Sequence record: PX880099.1
Source: a phage
Length of the DNA: 64,000 nt
Strand: one strand, 5' to 3'
Under the pieces are notes generated by a model. That model saw only the letters and a program-made list of their open reading frames with translations, had not been told where the DNA came from and made no database searches. Every line of letters begins with the position of its first letter. Position 1 is the stretch's first letter. Shown in pieces: positions 8,764 through 17,148 of the stretch. The translations under genes were made by a program, and so were the position numbers.

Positions 8764-9057
8764 ATGATGAACATTACTTTAGCAACTAAGAATATTTCTG
8801 AGACAATTAACGGTTTTGGTGTCATTGTAGCCTTACACGGTAACAACGAGAAATGGTTGGCTTCTTTTGAAGAGGATCGTCAGCACAACATTATTTTAGA
8901 TGCTCCTATAAAAGTTATGCATATCGTTGGTGAAAGCAAAGTGCTCACTTCCTCCCGTTCAAAAGAACAAATTACAAATGAATTAGTAAAACTGCTTGAC
9001 AATGTTCTTAACATGTTTGATAATGCACCCATCGATACAAAACGTGTCTTAATGTGA
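8764..9057 (+). CDS. hypothetical protein
   Basis: 97 aa ORF, SD AGAGAGG. Confidence 0.5.
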   Translation: MMNITLATKNISETINGFGVIVALHGNNEKWLASFEEDRQHNIILDAPIKVMHIVGESKVLTSSRSKEQITNELVKLLDNVLNMFDNAPIDTKRVLM

Positions 9058-9069
9058 GAGGAGAACCAA

Positions 9070-9357
9070 ATGTATTATTCACAAAATGAAGTAGCAAACA
9101 TTAAACTGGCAGTTGGCGATCTTATTGTGTCACCTAACTACCATTGGGATAACACAGACTTGGTTGAAGTAGTAACTCATGTTGGGTTTGAGGGTGTTGT
9201 GCTCTACACCCTGGGTGGAGGTGTTGTTGGGGAAATGGAACGTTATACAACGACCAAGAAACTGGTAAGTTCTTATCGTATGTTCTTGCATCAAGGCTCA
9301 GAAGAGTATGCAACCTTCTTGTTGAAATTGGACGCAGATCGGGAGAAGGCACGATGA
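9070..9357 (+). CDS. hypothetical protein
   Basis: 95 aa ORF, SD GAGAGGAG. Confidence 0.5.
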   Translation: MYYSQNEVANIKLAVGDLIVSPNYHWDNTDLVEVVTHVGFEGVVLYTLGGGVVGEMERYTTTKKLVSSYRMFLHQGSEEYATFLLKLDADREKAR

Positions 9358-9710
9358 AAATTGTACACGATGAAATTCAAATAGAAGAAAGTGACCTGAT
9401 GGATTTGGATGCAGCTTTGGGGAAGGTAATCTATGCAGGAATTAAAGCCTTCCGTGAGAAGGCAAACAATAGCACGTTTGTCATGATCCCCACTAAACTG
9501 ATGCGTGTTTTGTATCCAAATAGAAGTGCGCCGTATACAGATGAAGAAGAGGAGACAGGTAGAAGAGAGTGGTTAAATATTTTAGAAAAGATGGAGAATG
9601 CTTTTATTGATAGTGGTAATCCAGAAATCGTGTATACTGAAGATCAAAGGAAGGCACGGTTAGAGGGCCGTCTTTTATTCGCTAGTTATTTTGATAATCT
9701 TTGGAGCTAA
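9354..9710 (+). CDS. hypothetical protein
   Basis: 118 aa ORF, ATGA overlap with upstream stop. Confidence 0.5.
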   Translation: MKIVHDEIQIEESDLMDLDAALGKVIYAGIKAFREKANNSTFVMIPTKLMRVLYPNRSAPYTDEEEETGRREWLNILEKMENAFIDSGNPEIVYTEDQRKARLEGRLLFASYFDNLWS

Positions 9711-9712
9711 AT

Positions 9713-9889
9713 ATGTCTGAATTCTTCACAATGGCTTTCTTAGGGATCTATCTGATTATTAGTGCTGTTGGCTTAATCATGTCTCTAATAGAGGAAATGG
9801 GAATTAAGTGGAATTGTGCATTCGGTATAGCTCTTATGCTCACTCCGGTTTGGATCTACATCTGCAAAGCAGTTGAACTCATTGGTTAA
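9713..9889 (+). CDS. small membrane protein
   Basis: Hydrophobic MSEFFTMAFLGIYLIISAVGLIM...; start re-picked to ATG after GGAG. Confidence 0.45.
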   Translation: MSEFFTMAFLGIYLIISAVGLIMSLIEEMGIKWNCAFGIALMLTPVWIYICKAVELIG

Positions 9890-9899
9890 TGGAGGTAAT

Positions 9900-10238
9900 A
9901 TGTTTAGTAAAGAAATGAGAGAGGTGATCGCTACTCTGGTAGTAGATCATGGTGTTGAAGTTGAGCGTCACGTTTGGAAAGATGAGCCTCCTTTCTTTGA
10001 TTTGGCATCACGGGCTAAAAGTCACATGTATCTCCTTGAAGATGATAAGGATTTTATTCTGCGTATGCGTTATGATCGAGAGTTTAGAATTCCTCTTGAC
10101 ACAGATCCTGATGATGTAGTATTGTGGTTGGCAGAGCATTTCGCATTTAACGCTCTACATGGAAGAAGTTTTGGTAATGAACGTTGGGATACCATTTGTC
10201 GTAAACATAATATTGAACCAGAATACGGGAGTATGTAA
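9900..10238 (+). CDS. hypothetical protein
   Basis: Start re-picked to ATG (MFSKEM) after AATGGAGG. Confidence 0.5.
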   Translation: MFSKEMREVIATLVVDHGVEVERHVWKDEPPFFDLASRAKSHMYLLEDDKDFILRMRYDREFRIPLDTDPDDVVLWLAEHFAFNALHGRSFGNERWDTICRKHNIEPEYGSM

Positions 10239-10489
10239 TGTTAAGTATCAAACCTAAAATGATTACTGAAGATCAAAAAGATTACATTTATAAATGTGGT
10301 CGGGTGTGGAAAGAATACACTAAAGGTAATGAAGTTATTGTAGTTACGGAACATGCTATTTCTTTATCAGATCTTTTTGGTGATTATTTGCAAGTCATTA
10401 AAATTGGTATTGACAGAGGTTTGGTGCAGGTGTTAACATTATCCCAAGTTGAAGCAGAACACTTAGACAAAATCATTGTCGAGTTCTAA
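10238..10489 (+). CDS. hypothetical protein
   Basis: 83 aa ORF, TAATG overlap. Confidence 0.5.
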   Translation: MLSIKPKMITEDQKDYIYKCGRVWKEYTKGNEVIVVTEHAISLSDLFGDYLQVIKIGIDRGLVQVLTLSQVEAEHLDKIIVEF

Positions 10490-10502
10490 GAGGAGAAAGA
10501 AT

Positions 10503-10667
10503 ATGATCTCTTTAGAATCAATAGCTTTTAAGAAGGGGTATACCGCAGGGTTCAAGTTTGGTATGTTTAATAAAGTAAATCCATATTGTCCAATGACACA
10601 CAAAAAGGAATTCGAAGAATGGGAAGATGGATTTTCTAAAGGCTATCAGGCAAAAGGTTGGTTGTAA
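10503..10667 (+). CDS. small hypothetical protein
   Basis: Start re-picked to ATG (MISLES) after AGAGGAGAAAG. Confidence 0.45.
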   Translation: MISLESIAFKKGYTAGFKFGMFNKVNPYCPMTHKKEFEEWEDGFSKGYQAKGWL

Positions 10668-10676
10668 GGAGAGAAT

Positions 10677-10841
10677 ATGATTTTAAACTTCATCATCAAC
10701 TTGTGTTTGACATTGGGGTTACTCTGTGCAATAGTATCCCCTTTGGTTGGTGAATATTGTTCTGAACTGGCGATGTTTATAGTTCTTGGTGCGGCTATTG
10801 CTAATATGTTTGTCGCTGCGATTTGTATGTTGTGGGAATAG
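10677..10841 (+). CDS. small hydrophobic membrane protein (54 aa)
   Basis: Hand-translated MILNFIINLCLTLGLLCAIV..., SD AAGGAGAG. Confidence 0.4.
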   Translation: MILNFIINLCLTLGLLCAIVSPLVGEYCSELAMFIVLGAAIANMFVAAICMLWE

Positions 10842-10852
10842 GAGGGAAGTTT

Positions 10853-11209
10853 ATGAAAAAACTAATCTTAGCCACATTGCTGGCTACCGTAAGCTTCACC
10901 ACTTACGCTCAAAAATTTGTAGCAGTTAAAACAGATATTGGTAAAGATGTTGTGATCACAGGCAACAAGTTTTACTATACACCTGGGAATGGTGTTCTAG
11001 AAGAGTGTAAAGATGTTGAGGCATATACGGGAAAAGAAGATAACACGGAACGTCCTTTTTATTCGATTATAGCTACTTGCAAAAATGAAATAGTAGCTAT
11101 TAAACAATACAAAGATGCCCCTGGAGGAGAATACTTATTAGTCAAGAATATTAAGAGTGAAAAAACTGCAAAGTTTACAGTAATTATTTTAAAAGGAGAA
11201 ACGTTCTAA
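10853..11209 (+). CDS. secreted protein with signal peptide
   Basis: MKKLILATLLATVSFTTYA signal-like N-terminus; SD GGAGGGAAG. Confidence 0.55.
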   Translation: MKKLILATLLATVSFTTYAQKFVAVKTDIGKDVVITGNKFYYTPGNGVLEECKDVEAYTGKEDNTERPFYSIIATCKNEIVAIKQYKDAPGGEYLLVKNIKSEKTAKFTVIILKGETF

Positions 11210-12348
11210 TGAAATACACTATTTTTGGAGATGTAGCTGTTGTAAATAAGGAATATGGCGTTGAAGCTAATAAACTTCCTGCTGGAGTTTGGGTTGTCAA
11301 CTGCGATCCGCACGGTAACTACTCTTTAGTGCGTGGTGAAAGTTTCTCTCTTCCGAACACTCTTTATGGGGAAACTAAAGATCGCGCCGCACATGTTATT
11401 AAAACATTTGCTCGTCGTAGTAAAGAAGGTAAAAATACTGGGGTGTTACTGACAGGGACAAAAGGCAGTGGTAAGACGATGTTAGCTAAACTTATTAGCA
11501 TGTCTCTAATGTCCACAGAAGGTTTAGGTATTCCAACCATTTTGGTTACACAGCCTTACACAGATGCTGGCTTCTTAGAATTTATGAGTAAAATTACAGA
11601 TCGTGCTGTTGTTTTATTTGACGAATTTGATAAAGTGTACGCTAAGAAAGAAGATCAGGAAGCACTGTTGACCTTGTTGGATGGAACAGGAAGTGGGAAT
11701 AAACTTTACATCCTCACTAAAAATAGTGGTTATATCTCGGAATATTTTGTAAACCGTCCTAGTCGTATCTACTACAGTTTCAATTACGATAAACTGTCTA
11801 GTGAAACTATGTTAGATTACTTGGATAAGAACTTGGTAAATAAAAAGCACGTAGATAACTTCCAACGTTTATGGGATGTTAGCACAGAGTTGTCTTTCGA
11901 TGTTATTCAAGGCATTGTAGAAGAATTGAATTTCTATCCAAAAATGACTTTTAAAGAATGTCTTGAAATGATGGGTATTTCTTTAGGGAACGATGCTAAA
12001 TGGAATGTGGCTTCTATCGTAGCTAATGGCAAAACCTTGAAGGTGAATTGGATCAATAACTGGCACGACTTCACCCCTACTAAGTTTTTGTCGGGCGCTT
12101 GTTCCCTGAACATCTATCTACAAAGTTTGAAAGATGATGAAGTGGAAGCAATGGAAACCAACAGTTATGTTATCCTGGATGAAGATGGTGATCCACATAT
12201 TGATCTATGTGCAACGGCTGATGGTCTAACTTGTGATCTGATTGAAGGTGGTAAGATTCTGGTTATGAGCACTACACCAGGAAACACTTTGCGAGTGGTG
12301 CTGGAGCCTGTAACACAACGTTCCACTACACTTGGTAGCGTGTTCTAA
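11209..12348 (+). CDS. AAA-type ATPase
   Basis: 379 aa; Walker A GTKGSGKT, Walker B VVLFDEFDK. Confidence 0.6.
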   Translation: MKYTIFGDVAVVNKEYGVEANKLPAGVWVVNCDPHGNYSLVRGESFSLPNTLYGETKDRAAHVIKTFARRSKEGKNTGVLLTGTKGSGKTMLAKLISMSLMSTEGLGIPTILVTQPYTDAGFLEFMSKITDRAVVLFDEFDKVYAKKEDQEALLTLLDGTGSGNKLYILTKNSGYISEYFVNRPSRIYYSFNYDKLSSETMLDYLDKNLVNKKHVDNFQRLWDVSTELSFDVIQGIVEELNFYPKMTFKECLEMMGISLGNDAKWNVASIVANGKTLKVNWINNWHDFTPTKFLSGACSLNIYLQSLKDDEVEAMETNSYVILDEDGDPHIDLCATADGLTCDLIEGGKILVMSTTPGNTLRVVLEPVTQRSTTLGSVF

Positions 12349-12353
12349 TAAAG

Positions 12354-12378
12354 ATGCCCCGCAAGGGGCATTTGTTAT
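12354..12378 (+). terminator. rho-independent terminator-like hairpin
   Basis: ATGCCCC-GCAA-GGGGCAT followed by TTGTTAT. Confidence 0.5.
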
Positions 12379-12438
12379 GGAGGGATTTTAGTTATTCTTT
12401 TGTTGTAGGCTCGCACTAATAGCTAAAGGGGGGGAGGT

Positions 12439-13899
12439 GTGCCAAAAATAGTCACTTGGGAACAATATAAAACAGATATAAAACAAGCTTATCAAGGTAA
12501 GTCTTGGACTGTTGTAGATTATATTGAGCCGTGGAACGGCAATAAAACTAAACTTAGATGCATCTGTGCTCTGCATGGAGAATGGAAAACAACAAGCATA
12601 AATACCGCTAAACTAGGGAGGGGTTGTCCAGAATGCGGTAGGGAGATTATAAGTAAAGCAGTATCTATAAACAAATCAAAAACCTGGGAGCAATATAAAG
12701 AAGAAGTGCAAACCACTTACAATCAGGCAGGTAAGTTTTGGACTGTTACAGGATGGCACGGAGAATGGAAAGGATGGAATACTAAACTGGTTTGTTGTTG
12801 TGCTTTACATGGGGAGTGGAGGTCTACTTCTATATCTTCTGCGAAAAACGGGAGTGGATGCAGGAAGTGTATGGGAGAAGCAAACAGAGAAAGAACATCG
12901 ATTGCATGGGAGCAATATAAAGAAGAAGTAGAAGAAGCTTATAAAGAAAAACCCTGGATTGTTAGAGGCTATGTGGAACCGTGGAACGGTTCCCGCACTA
13001 AGTTGATTTGTGAGTGTAAGGTTCATGGTCAATGGTGCACTACCACTGTAAACAGTGCTAAACAAGGGACTGGATGCTACAGTTGTCAAAGAGAAATGAC
13101 GAAACAAAGGAATACAATGGAGGATAAACAACATGTTGAAGATTTTATAAAAGCTTGTCCTGATAATGTAGAGCGTAAATATTATCGTAGCGATAGAGTA
13201 GATAGATTAGGTCGTCAGGTTTACTGGATTGTAGAATGTCCTATATGTGCAGAGGATGATTATTGTAAAGAAGGCTTATGCGATAATAAATTTGAGATGA
13301 AGATGAGTCATTTGAAAAGGGGTGGCCTTCCTTGCCGTTGTTCTAAATATTATCATTACACTCCTGAACAATGGGCCTACCGTATGACCAAAGCTTGCCA
13401 GGAACGAGGGGATCAATTTATAGGATTCATTGATAAGGTAAGCAATAACAGCAAGTTTAAATATCTATGTAGGGAGCATGGAGAGCAAACGATCACACCT
13501 ACCGATTATCTCAATGGGAAAGGTTGTCCAGGCTGTAAGAACAGAAATATGCAAGAATTTTACATCAATATTATTCTTGATGAGTACGGAGAAGACACGG
13601 GAGCTTACAAGTTGGGGATTGCAAAGGACAGTGATATCAGGATCAAAGGGCAGAATGCAAACAACAATTACTCTATGCGCCGTATAGCATTGTTCGATCT
13701 GCCGTCCTACCAAGCTTGCAGGGCGTTAGAGAGTAAGCTAAAGTCTAAGACTGATCAGATTCTACCGTCTATTGGCTGTGTAGAACGCTTGCACATGAAA
13801 GATGGTCATAGTGAAACCTTCCTGCGCGAGGATTTGGCTATCGTCTTAAGTGCTATCAACCAAGCAGGTGGAATAATGAGAGAGGAGGAAACATGTTAG
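12439..13899 (+). CDS. cysteine-rich protein with three tandem about 70-aa modules, probable zinc-binding (GTG start)
   Basis: Module WEQYK...EPWNG..TKL.C.C..HGEW.T......G.GC..C repeated three times, then a Cys-rich C-terminal half. Confidence 0.55.
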   Translation: MPKIVTWEQYKTDIKQAYQGKSWTVVDYIEPWNGNKTKLRCICALHGEWKTTSINTAKLGRGCPECGREIISKAVSINKSKTWEQYKEEVQTTYNQAGKFWTVTGWHGEWKGWNTKLVCCCALHGEWRSTSISSAKNGSGCRKCMGEANRERTSIAWEQYKEEVEEAYKEKPWIVRGYVEPWNGSRTKLICECKVHGQWCTTTVNSAKQGTGCYSCQREMTKQRNTMEDKQHVEDFIKACPDNVERKYYRSDRVDRLGRQVYWIVECPICAEDDYCKEGLCDNKFEMKMSHLKRGGLPCRCSKYYHYTPEQWAYRMTKACQERGDQFIGFIDKVSNNSKFKYLCREHGEQTITPTDYLNGKGCPGCKNRNMQEFYINIILDEYGEDTGAYKLGIAKDSDIRIKGQNANNNYSMRRIALFDLPSYQACRALESKLKSKTDQILPSIGCVERLHMKDGHSETFLREDLAIVLSAINQAGGIMREEETC

Positions 13900-14258
13900 T
13901 TGACGTTCAAATTATGCGCAACGAAAGAATGGACTTCTTTGAAGCAGTAGAGAAACATCTGATCAGATGGGACTATGAATTTGTTCCTGCTGGATGTGGA
14001 CCAGTAGAGCATTTAGCGGAAGACGACGATGTATACATGATCATTCGTCAAGTGTACCAGACAGACCAGTGTGAAGAAACTCCCGAACTGATTTTGTTTG
14101 AGTGTAAAGATCTTGCAAAATATTTTGACTATGGCGGAAAAGAGGGTCATAATCTCTCCAGATACAATAAACGTCTACTTATCTTAGACTACATGCGGAA
14201 CAACAAACACAAACTCATCGACGCAGACGCAGTTTATGGCTACTGGTGGATGGACTAA
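13893..14258 (+). CDS. hypothetical protein
   Basis: 121 aa ORF, SD GAGAGGAGG. Confidence 0.5.
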   Translation: MLVDVQIMRNERMDFFEAVEKHLIRWDYEFVPAGCGPVEHLAEDDDVYMIIRQVYQTDQCEETPELILFECKDLAKYFDYGGKEGHNLSRYNKRLLILDYMRNNKHKLIDADAVYGYWWMD

Positions 14259-14271
14259 CAAAGGAGAAACT

Positions 14272-14451
14272 ATGGCACGTTTAGCAGATCATGAAATCTT
14301 TAAACCTATTCTGAACCACTATGATGAACTTAAAGCAGTGTTGGATTGTTATAGAGAGGATGAAGAACGTTTGGAAGTCAATCTTAAGATAGTTCTGATG
14401 AAAGCTTTTCAAGACGGGCAAGCTAAAGTTTTAGAAGGCATGAAAAAATGA
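14272..14451 (+). CDS. small hypothetical protein
   Basis: Start re-picked to ATG (MARLADHE) after AAAGGAGAA. Confidence 0.45.
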   Translation: MARLADHEIFKPILNHYDELKAVLDCYREDEERLEVNLKIVLMKAFQDGQAKVLEGMKK

Positions 14452-14990
14452 GAATAACTGATGAATATGTATTCTTCTTTTCACATAAAGATGTGTTTAG
14501 TAATTGGTATATTGCACCCTTTACAGAAACTGAACCAGGTTACAATGAGACTTTCTGTTGTGTTGAGCAATATATGATGTGGCGTAAGGCTTTGCTGTTC
14601 AAGGATCATGCGATTGCAGCAGCTATCCTTGATCACTCAACTATACGTGACAACGAGAGGAAACAAGCATACTACAAACGTATGGGTCGAGCGGTATCTG
14701 GTTTTAATAATGATATGTGGGAAGAGAACCGTGAGCGTATTGTTATGCGAGGCTTATGCTTGAAATATGTACAGAATCCAGATTTGTATGCAGACTTACA
14801 CCTTTACCAATACAAAACGTTTGTTGAAGCAAATCCTTACGATAAGGTTTACGGTATTGGAATGGGAATGTATGAACCAGGGGTGCTAAACCCTGCTACC
14901 TGGAAAGGGCAGAATCTTTTAGGCAAATATCATAATAAACTGATCGAAATACTTTTCCCAGACAAAATACCGCAAAGACGATATTTGTGA
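14448..14990 (+). CDS. NADAR-domain (YbiA/DUF1768-like) protein, candidate ADP-ribose-processing enzyme
   Basis: 180 aa; FFFSHKDVFSNWYIAPF, CVEQYMMWRKALLF, W..NRERIVMRGLCLKY.QNPDL, GIGMG...W.GQNLLGK match the NADAR pattern. Confidence 0.7.
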   Translation: MRITDEYVFFFSHKDVFSNWYIAPFTETEPGYNETFCCVEQYMMWRKALLFKDHAIAAAILDHSTIRDNERKQAYYKRMGRAVSGFNNDMWEENRERIVMRGLCLKYVQNPDLYADLHLYQYKTFVEANPYDKVYGIGMGMYEPGVLNPATWKGQNLLGKYHNKLIEILFPDKIPQRRYL

Positions 14991-15233
14991 TATTTTAACT
15001 TTTTTCATTTTTAGAACAAAGGTGTCACTTTGTAGCACAGAAATAAGGCTCCTACAGCACCGTAGAGAGCCTGTTATTTTGTCCTATACAAACCCTTGTC
15101 TTTTTCAGTTTGCATCACTAGGATTCGATCTGAGTGGGTTCCTGAAGGTTTACCAATAAGATTAAAGGTTATATCAAATTCCCACTATCTTTTATCTCAA
15201 AAATCCCTCAAATTATTTAAACTTTTTAAGAAT

Positions 15234-15418
15234 TTACAAAAGTGAAAGTTGAAAACCAAAATTTAAAGTTTAGGAAAATTATCTTAAAATGTTAGATACA
15301 AAACAAAACTCAAAAGTCAAGGAAAATTTTAAAAATTTTGCGCGCCCACAGTATTTAAAGTTTTTTTGCTTTTACAAAAATGAAAGTACAAAAGCAAAAT
15401 TTAAAGTTTACAAAAATT
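15234..15418. repeat. pair of about 48-bp direct repeats (15234-15280 and 15371-15418) in an AT-rich non-coding region
   Basis: TTTACAAAAGTGAAAGTTGAAAACCAAAATTTAAAGTTTAGGAAAATT vs TTTACAAAAATGAAAGTACAAAAGCAAAATTTAAAGTTTACAAAAATT. Confidence 0.6.
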
Positions 15419-15433
15419 TTTATGCAGGTGAAA

Positions 15434-15548
15434 ATGAGAAGAGTTCTCATATGGAAATGCAAATGATAATGATTCGCATTTAAGTTTATAAATGAGATTG
15501 ATTCTTATTTAATAAGGTAAATGACAATCATTCTCATTTAGAGAATGA
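15434..15548. promoter_or_regulatory. cluster of palindromic hairpin or operator-like sites built on ATGAGAA/TTCTCAT and AATGAnAAT..ATTCTCAT (Fur-box-like)
   Basis: ATGAGAA-GAG-TTCTCAT (15434-15450), AAATGC-N15-GCATTT (15455-15481), TCATTCTC-ATTTA-GAGAATGA (15528-15548). Confidence 0.45.
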
Positions 15549-15761
15549 CGCGCAGGGGCGGTGTTTGTCTCGCGCTCCCGTGTCCACTCGCCATGTAATA
15601 AGAATAACAGATCCAGCCAGGAAAGCAAGCGATTATTTTATCTTTACATTTCTTTACAAATATATAGCACCCAGCCTACCGGCGATCAACCTTCCAACCA
15701 GTGCCCCCTGGTATGTTAGCCCCGCCTTTACGCCGTGGGGTGGCGCTTCCTCTTCTGTATG
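15541..15761 (-). ncRNA. candidate structured non-coding transcript from a GC-rich island
   Basis: Strong minus-strand promoter at 15768-15796, then about 220 nt of GC-rich sequence with several short stems and no ORF of 60 aa or more on that strand. Confidence 0.25.
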
Positions 15762-15767
15762 TAAAAC

Positions 15768-15796
15768 AGTATAAGCCCGATCCCTGGGCTTGTCAA
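15768..15796 (-). promoter_or_regulatory. sigma70-type promoter on minus strand (TTGACA-17-TATACT)
   Basis: Reverse complement reads TTGACAAGCCCAGGGATCGGGCTTATACT. Confidence 0.5.
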
Positions 15797-15798
15797 GA

Positions 15799-16065
15799 TT
15801 ATTTTTTGTTTTCTTGCCAGGATAGGACACCTAACCAAAAATACATATCGCCCCGCGCCCCTGGTGGTATCTTGCTTTCCCCGCCGCCACTGCAAGCCCA
15901 TAGATAACCATTTGCGAACGTATCAAAATGATCTATCTCTTCCACCTTATGATCGCCCAGGTTGAGAACGGTTTCAACCTTTAAGCCCGTTGCGCTTGCT
16001 ACCTGGTGCACCGTGCCGCCTTGCCAGCCCAATGAGTGCATAAGGTGTAATGTAGTATTTGTCAT
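15799..16065 (-). CDS. hypothetical protein (GC-rich, compositionally atypical)
   Basis: 88 aa ORF with upstream minus-strand TTGCTA-17-TATTAT promoter and a GCGCC..GGCGC hairpin in the leader. Confidence 0.35.
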   Translation of the reverse strand: MTNTTLHLMHSLGWQGGTVHQVASATGLKVETVLNLGDHKVEEIDHFDTFANGYLWACSGGGESKIPPGARGDMYFWLGVLSWQENKK

Positions 16066-16173
16066 GATATCGCCCTTTCTTTGTTGTGCGCCCTGGTTGG
16101 CGCGGTAGAAAGATAATAGCCCTTTTCTTTATATATAGCAAGCAAAAAGAAAATAAAAAAGATTGAAAAATGG

Positions 16174-16230
16174 TTGACGTTAACCAGGCGGCGGCGTAGT
16201 ATTCATCTTGTAGGGCGGCAATGGTGCCGC
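16174..16230 (+). promoter_or_regulatory. PeSL-like cassette 1: early promoter plus GC hairpin
   Basis: TTGACG-N17-TAGTAT, then GCGGCA-ATGG-TGCCGC. Confidence 0.6.
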
Positions 16231-16251
16231 TCACTATTTGGAGTTAAGATC

Positions 16252-16449
16252 ATGGCAACATTGCACATTGTGGCGAAAGCTGGACAAATCAACGTAGTGG
16301 TAAACGGTTTTACTGAGTTCAGTCACCCCCAGGATGATCATGAAACGGTTTTATCTTTCATTGATTCCCTGTTAGAAATGGGAGTCATTACAGAAGACCA
16401 GCACGCTACAAAATGCAAGCGCGTTAATCAAATTGTAGGAATAGAATAA
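16252..16449 (+). CDS. small early protein
   Basis: 65 aa; start at ATG (MATLHIV); track extension is read-through of the hairpin. Confidence 0.5.
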   Translation: MATLHIVAKAGQINVVVNGFTEFSHPQDDHETVLSFIDSLLEMGVITEDQHATKCKRVNQIVGIE

Positions 16450-16455
16450 AAAGTA

Positions 16456-16515
16456 TTGACAACAAACAACAACCTGATAAGATGTATCACATAGGGCGGC
16501 GGAATGGTCCACCGC
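16456..16515 (+). promoter_or_regulatory. PeSL-like cassette 2
   Basis: TTGACA-16-TAAGAT, hairpin GCGGCGG-AATGGT-CCACCGC, conserved leader CACAACAGAAGAGAGATTATCA. Confidence 0.65.
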
Positions 16516-16540
16516 TCACAACAGAAGAGAGATTATCATC

Positions 16541-16813
16541 ATGGCATCATATAGCGCAACAATGATCGTAGCTGGCACCACTGGTAAACCTATGCGCGGT
16601 GGCGGATCTTTCGCTAATATCAATATTGACGGGCGTTTATCCCTGGACGCAGCGATCACCGTGGCGCGGGAAACATTTAAGAAAGAATGTAAATTCAATA
16701 AACAAGATTATCTCGGTTTTGCTATTGAAAAAACCGCGCGCTTTGTTGATTATAAAAGCCCGAAAATGGTTGACACTACATTAAAAGCGCAAGATGTAGC
16801 GTTTTTGCTTTAA
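16541..16813 (+). CDS. small early protein
   Basis: 90 aa ORF behind PeSL leader. Confidence 0.55.
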   Translation: MASYSATMIVAGTTGKPMRGGGSFANINIDGRLSLDAAITVARETFKKECKFNKQDYLGFAIEKTARFVDYKSPKMVDTTLKAQDVAFLL

Positions 16814-16816
16814 GGC

Positions 16817-16871
16817 TTGACATTAACGAATAATTTGTTAATATGTTACATAAAGCGGGAATAGTTCCCGC
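16817..16871 (+). promoter_or_regulatory. PeSL-like cassette 3
   Basis: TTGACA-16-TAATAT, hairpin GCGGGAA-TAG-TTCCCGC. Confidence 0.65.
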
Positions 16872-16889
16872 TATTTGTAAGGTGGTAGA

Positions 16890-17147
16890 ATGTTTTACAT
16901 CAAATTAAAAGGTCACGTGATCGCGTTCAAAGATAACGCTTTTTACAGATTAGCAAAATATGCGTTAATACATCCCCACTATGTTTATATAAGGGGGCGT
17001 GATGAAATAAATATCTTTGATCAAACAACATGCGAGAACATCGAGATCCGCAAGGTTGGCGTACGTGATTATCGTACATCTTTCTACCCTTGCAAGGATT
17101 CAGCAAGTCTTTTTAAAGTATGCCAATTGTTGAAAAAAGGTGGTTAA
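16890..17147 (+). CDS. small early protein
   Basis: 85 aa ORF. Confidence 0.5.
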   Translation: MFYIKLKGHVIAFKDNAFYRLAKYALIHPHYVYIRGRDEINIFDQTTCENIEIRKVGVRDYRTSFYPCKDSASLFKVCQLLKKGG

Positions 17148-17148
17148 T

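Noticed and set aside
12439-13899. GIY-YIG or T5orf172-type homing endonuclease call for the C-terminal half of the Cys-rich protein
   Set aside because: Only a vague YKLGI...R resemblance; core GIY and YIG residues could not be placed.
15289-15483. 64-aa ORF in the AT-rich repeat region
   Set aside because: Lies within direct repeats and palindromes, lysine and asparagine-rich low-complexity translation, no SD.
15565-15907. Two overlapping plus-strand ORFs (69 and 68 aa) in the GC-rich island
   Set aside because: Proline and serine-rich translations typical of random frames in GC-rich DNA; no SD; a strong promoter reads the opposite strand.
16174-16251. N-terminal extensions of track ORFs such as MTLTRRRRSIHLVGRQWCRS...
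   Set aside because: The LVGRQWCRS-type peptides are translations of the PeSL hairpin itself; true starts are the downstream ATG with SD.
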